From Octopus vulgaris (Eukaryota), in contig OX597828.1 in assembly GCA_951406725.2 (NCBI GenBank), forward strand, positions 14,694,001-14,758,000: a stretch of DNA of 64,000 nucleotides. The letters are read 5' to 3'. The number at the start of each line of letters is the position of its first letter. Within the stretch, counting starts at the first letter, position 1. Below the pieces are notes generated by a model, which saw nothing but the letters and a program-made list of their open reading frames with translations, did not search any database and had not been told where the DNA came from. Shown here one piece after another: positions 62,323-64,000 of this stretch. The translations under genes were made by a program, and so were the position numbers.

Positions 62323-64000
62323 CAAGAAATAGAAGTCAAATCTTCAAGTTGCAGTCTACTATCTTTGAAAAAAAAAAAAAAAAAAAAAAACATGGAAAGA
62401 CAACATTAGATAATGCAGTCCATGGCATACTATATTGAAAATAGAATTCTGGATGGTCATTACTGGAACAGCTTTGATCACAGGACTGATCCATTCAGAA
62501 GTGACCTGGAGCTAAAGAACAACCACAAATAATTTACTTTACTCTAGACCAATGGGTTTCCAAAACCAATGTGTCAACACCTCCAGGGATAGCTAAAATT
62601 CACTTCAGGAGCAACTAGGAAATCAAATTAAACTCCACCTGCCTTTGAATAACAACAATACAAAAGATTTAAAGAGAACAGCTGTCCGAATTGTCAGGTA
62701 ACCACAGATGGTGCTGAACTCACAAAAGATTATGTACAGAACACTGCTATAGATTGAACAAAATAACTTTTTGGATGGTGATGGAAAGAAATTTAAAGAG
62801 TAAAAACCTCCTTTGGTCATGAATGACCAGAAAGTTACCCTCTGAGGTACAAATCTAGGCAAAGTTGCTTGTGGAAGACCAGTAATCGCACATGCATACC
62901 AGTCACCTCTCTCCACACCACTGATGTTATCCAAGGGAAAGGCAAAGGCCGATACAGCTTGGCACCAGTGACGTCGCAACTCATTTCTACAGTTGAGTGA
63001 AATGGAGCAACGTGAAAAAAGCATCTTGCTCAAATACACAACACAAGCTCTGTCTGGAAATTGAACCCACTACCTCATGATTGTGAGCCCAACACTCTAA
63101 CCACTGAGTTAGACATCTAAATGTGACTACTAATTGATGCGAATAAAAATCAAATATGTTAAATCTTTAAACTTGTTTACTGCATATATAGTATAAAATT
63201 TCTCAAGTATGAATATCTTGAGTTGATAAATCCCACCTTCAGAGATTGGCCTTTTTGGAACCCTAAACAAATGACATTGTTGTTCACAAATGCAGTGCAG
63301 CACCCATGACTTTCAAAAACAATTTTCCATTCCCAGAATAGTTCAGGTATGGAATTATCTACTTGTGGTGGTTGGTTGATGTCAGGACACTGCATCCTTT
63401 GAAAATTCCAAGCTTCCTAAAATTCAAGAACACTTCTCCTGATATGCCTATATACCATTTTCTCTTTATGGCTCTTGTACTGTCCATTTCCCTAGCTTGT
63501 TCTGTTTTGTGTCATAGACTTCTGACTTTCCTTGCTGTATTTCTTTGACTCATTGTTGCCTTCTGCCCCTCCCCCCACACACTTTAGTCATCTCTGATAA
63601 CTTGTAGAGCACTATATATAATAATGGACTCTCCAGTTGAAGATTTCGTATGAGCATTAGGCTTTTGCCGAACGACCTGCACAAATGATTTGTTTCTAGT
63701 GATCAAATATATGTGATGTACATTAGCTCGTTCTCTCTATCAAATCAACATTGCTTGAACAGGTGCTCGGTGTACCATGCATCAGGTGTTGAAGTGATTG
63801 CAGAACAATGCAAGATAAATTATTTTGCTCAAGAGACAATGCACCACCCGGTCTAGGAACTGAAACCACAATCTTGCAATCATAAGCGCAACAGCCTAAC
63901 CACTAGACCATGTGCCCTCACTATATACAATAAGCTCATTATTTTTAGTAAAAAGCACTGGTGCTGGTACCATGCAATAAGTACCCAGTACACTCTGCAA

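Overview
This is AT-rich, microsatellite-rich and repeat-dense animal DNA. The SINE families and the expanded 18S fragment look like coleoid cephalopod (Octopus-like) sequence; that assignment comes from recognition, not a search. One host gene spans most of the window on the minus strand. I assembled 10-11 small GT-AG exons by hand (61767 to 24172). They encode the C-terminal half of a coiled-coil, tail-anchored protein resembling SLMAP, and the 5' part lies beyond the window. The rest is mobile DNA: a young 5'-truncated Neptune-type Penelope element with a minimal hammerhead ribozyme, a decayed mariner, pogo/Tc1 and hAT MITEs, a non-autonomous Helitron, CR1/RTE/R4-like LINE scraps and many tRNA-derived SINEs. 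The best leads are: (i) two chimeric SINE insertions carrying other RNAs, a polyadenylated C/D-snoRNA-like 81-mer bounded by a 15-bp TSD and a ~470-bp 18S rRNA piece; (ii) fold-back, hammerhead-bearing mini-elements inside (TA)n tracts; (iii) two ~46-bp-period palindrome arrays and a long hairpin with transition-only mismatches in the putative long 3' UTR; (iv) a modular set of phase-1, three-heptad exons and possible alternative C-termini in the SLMAP-like gene.
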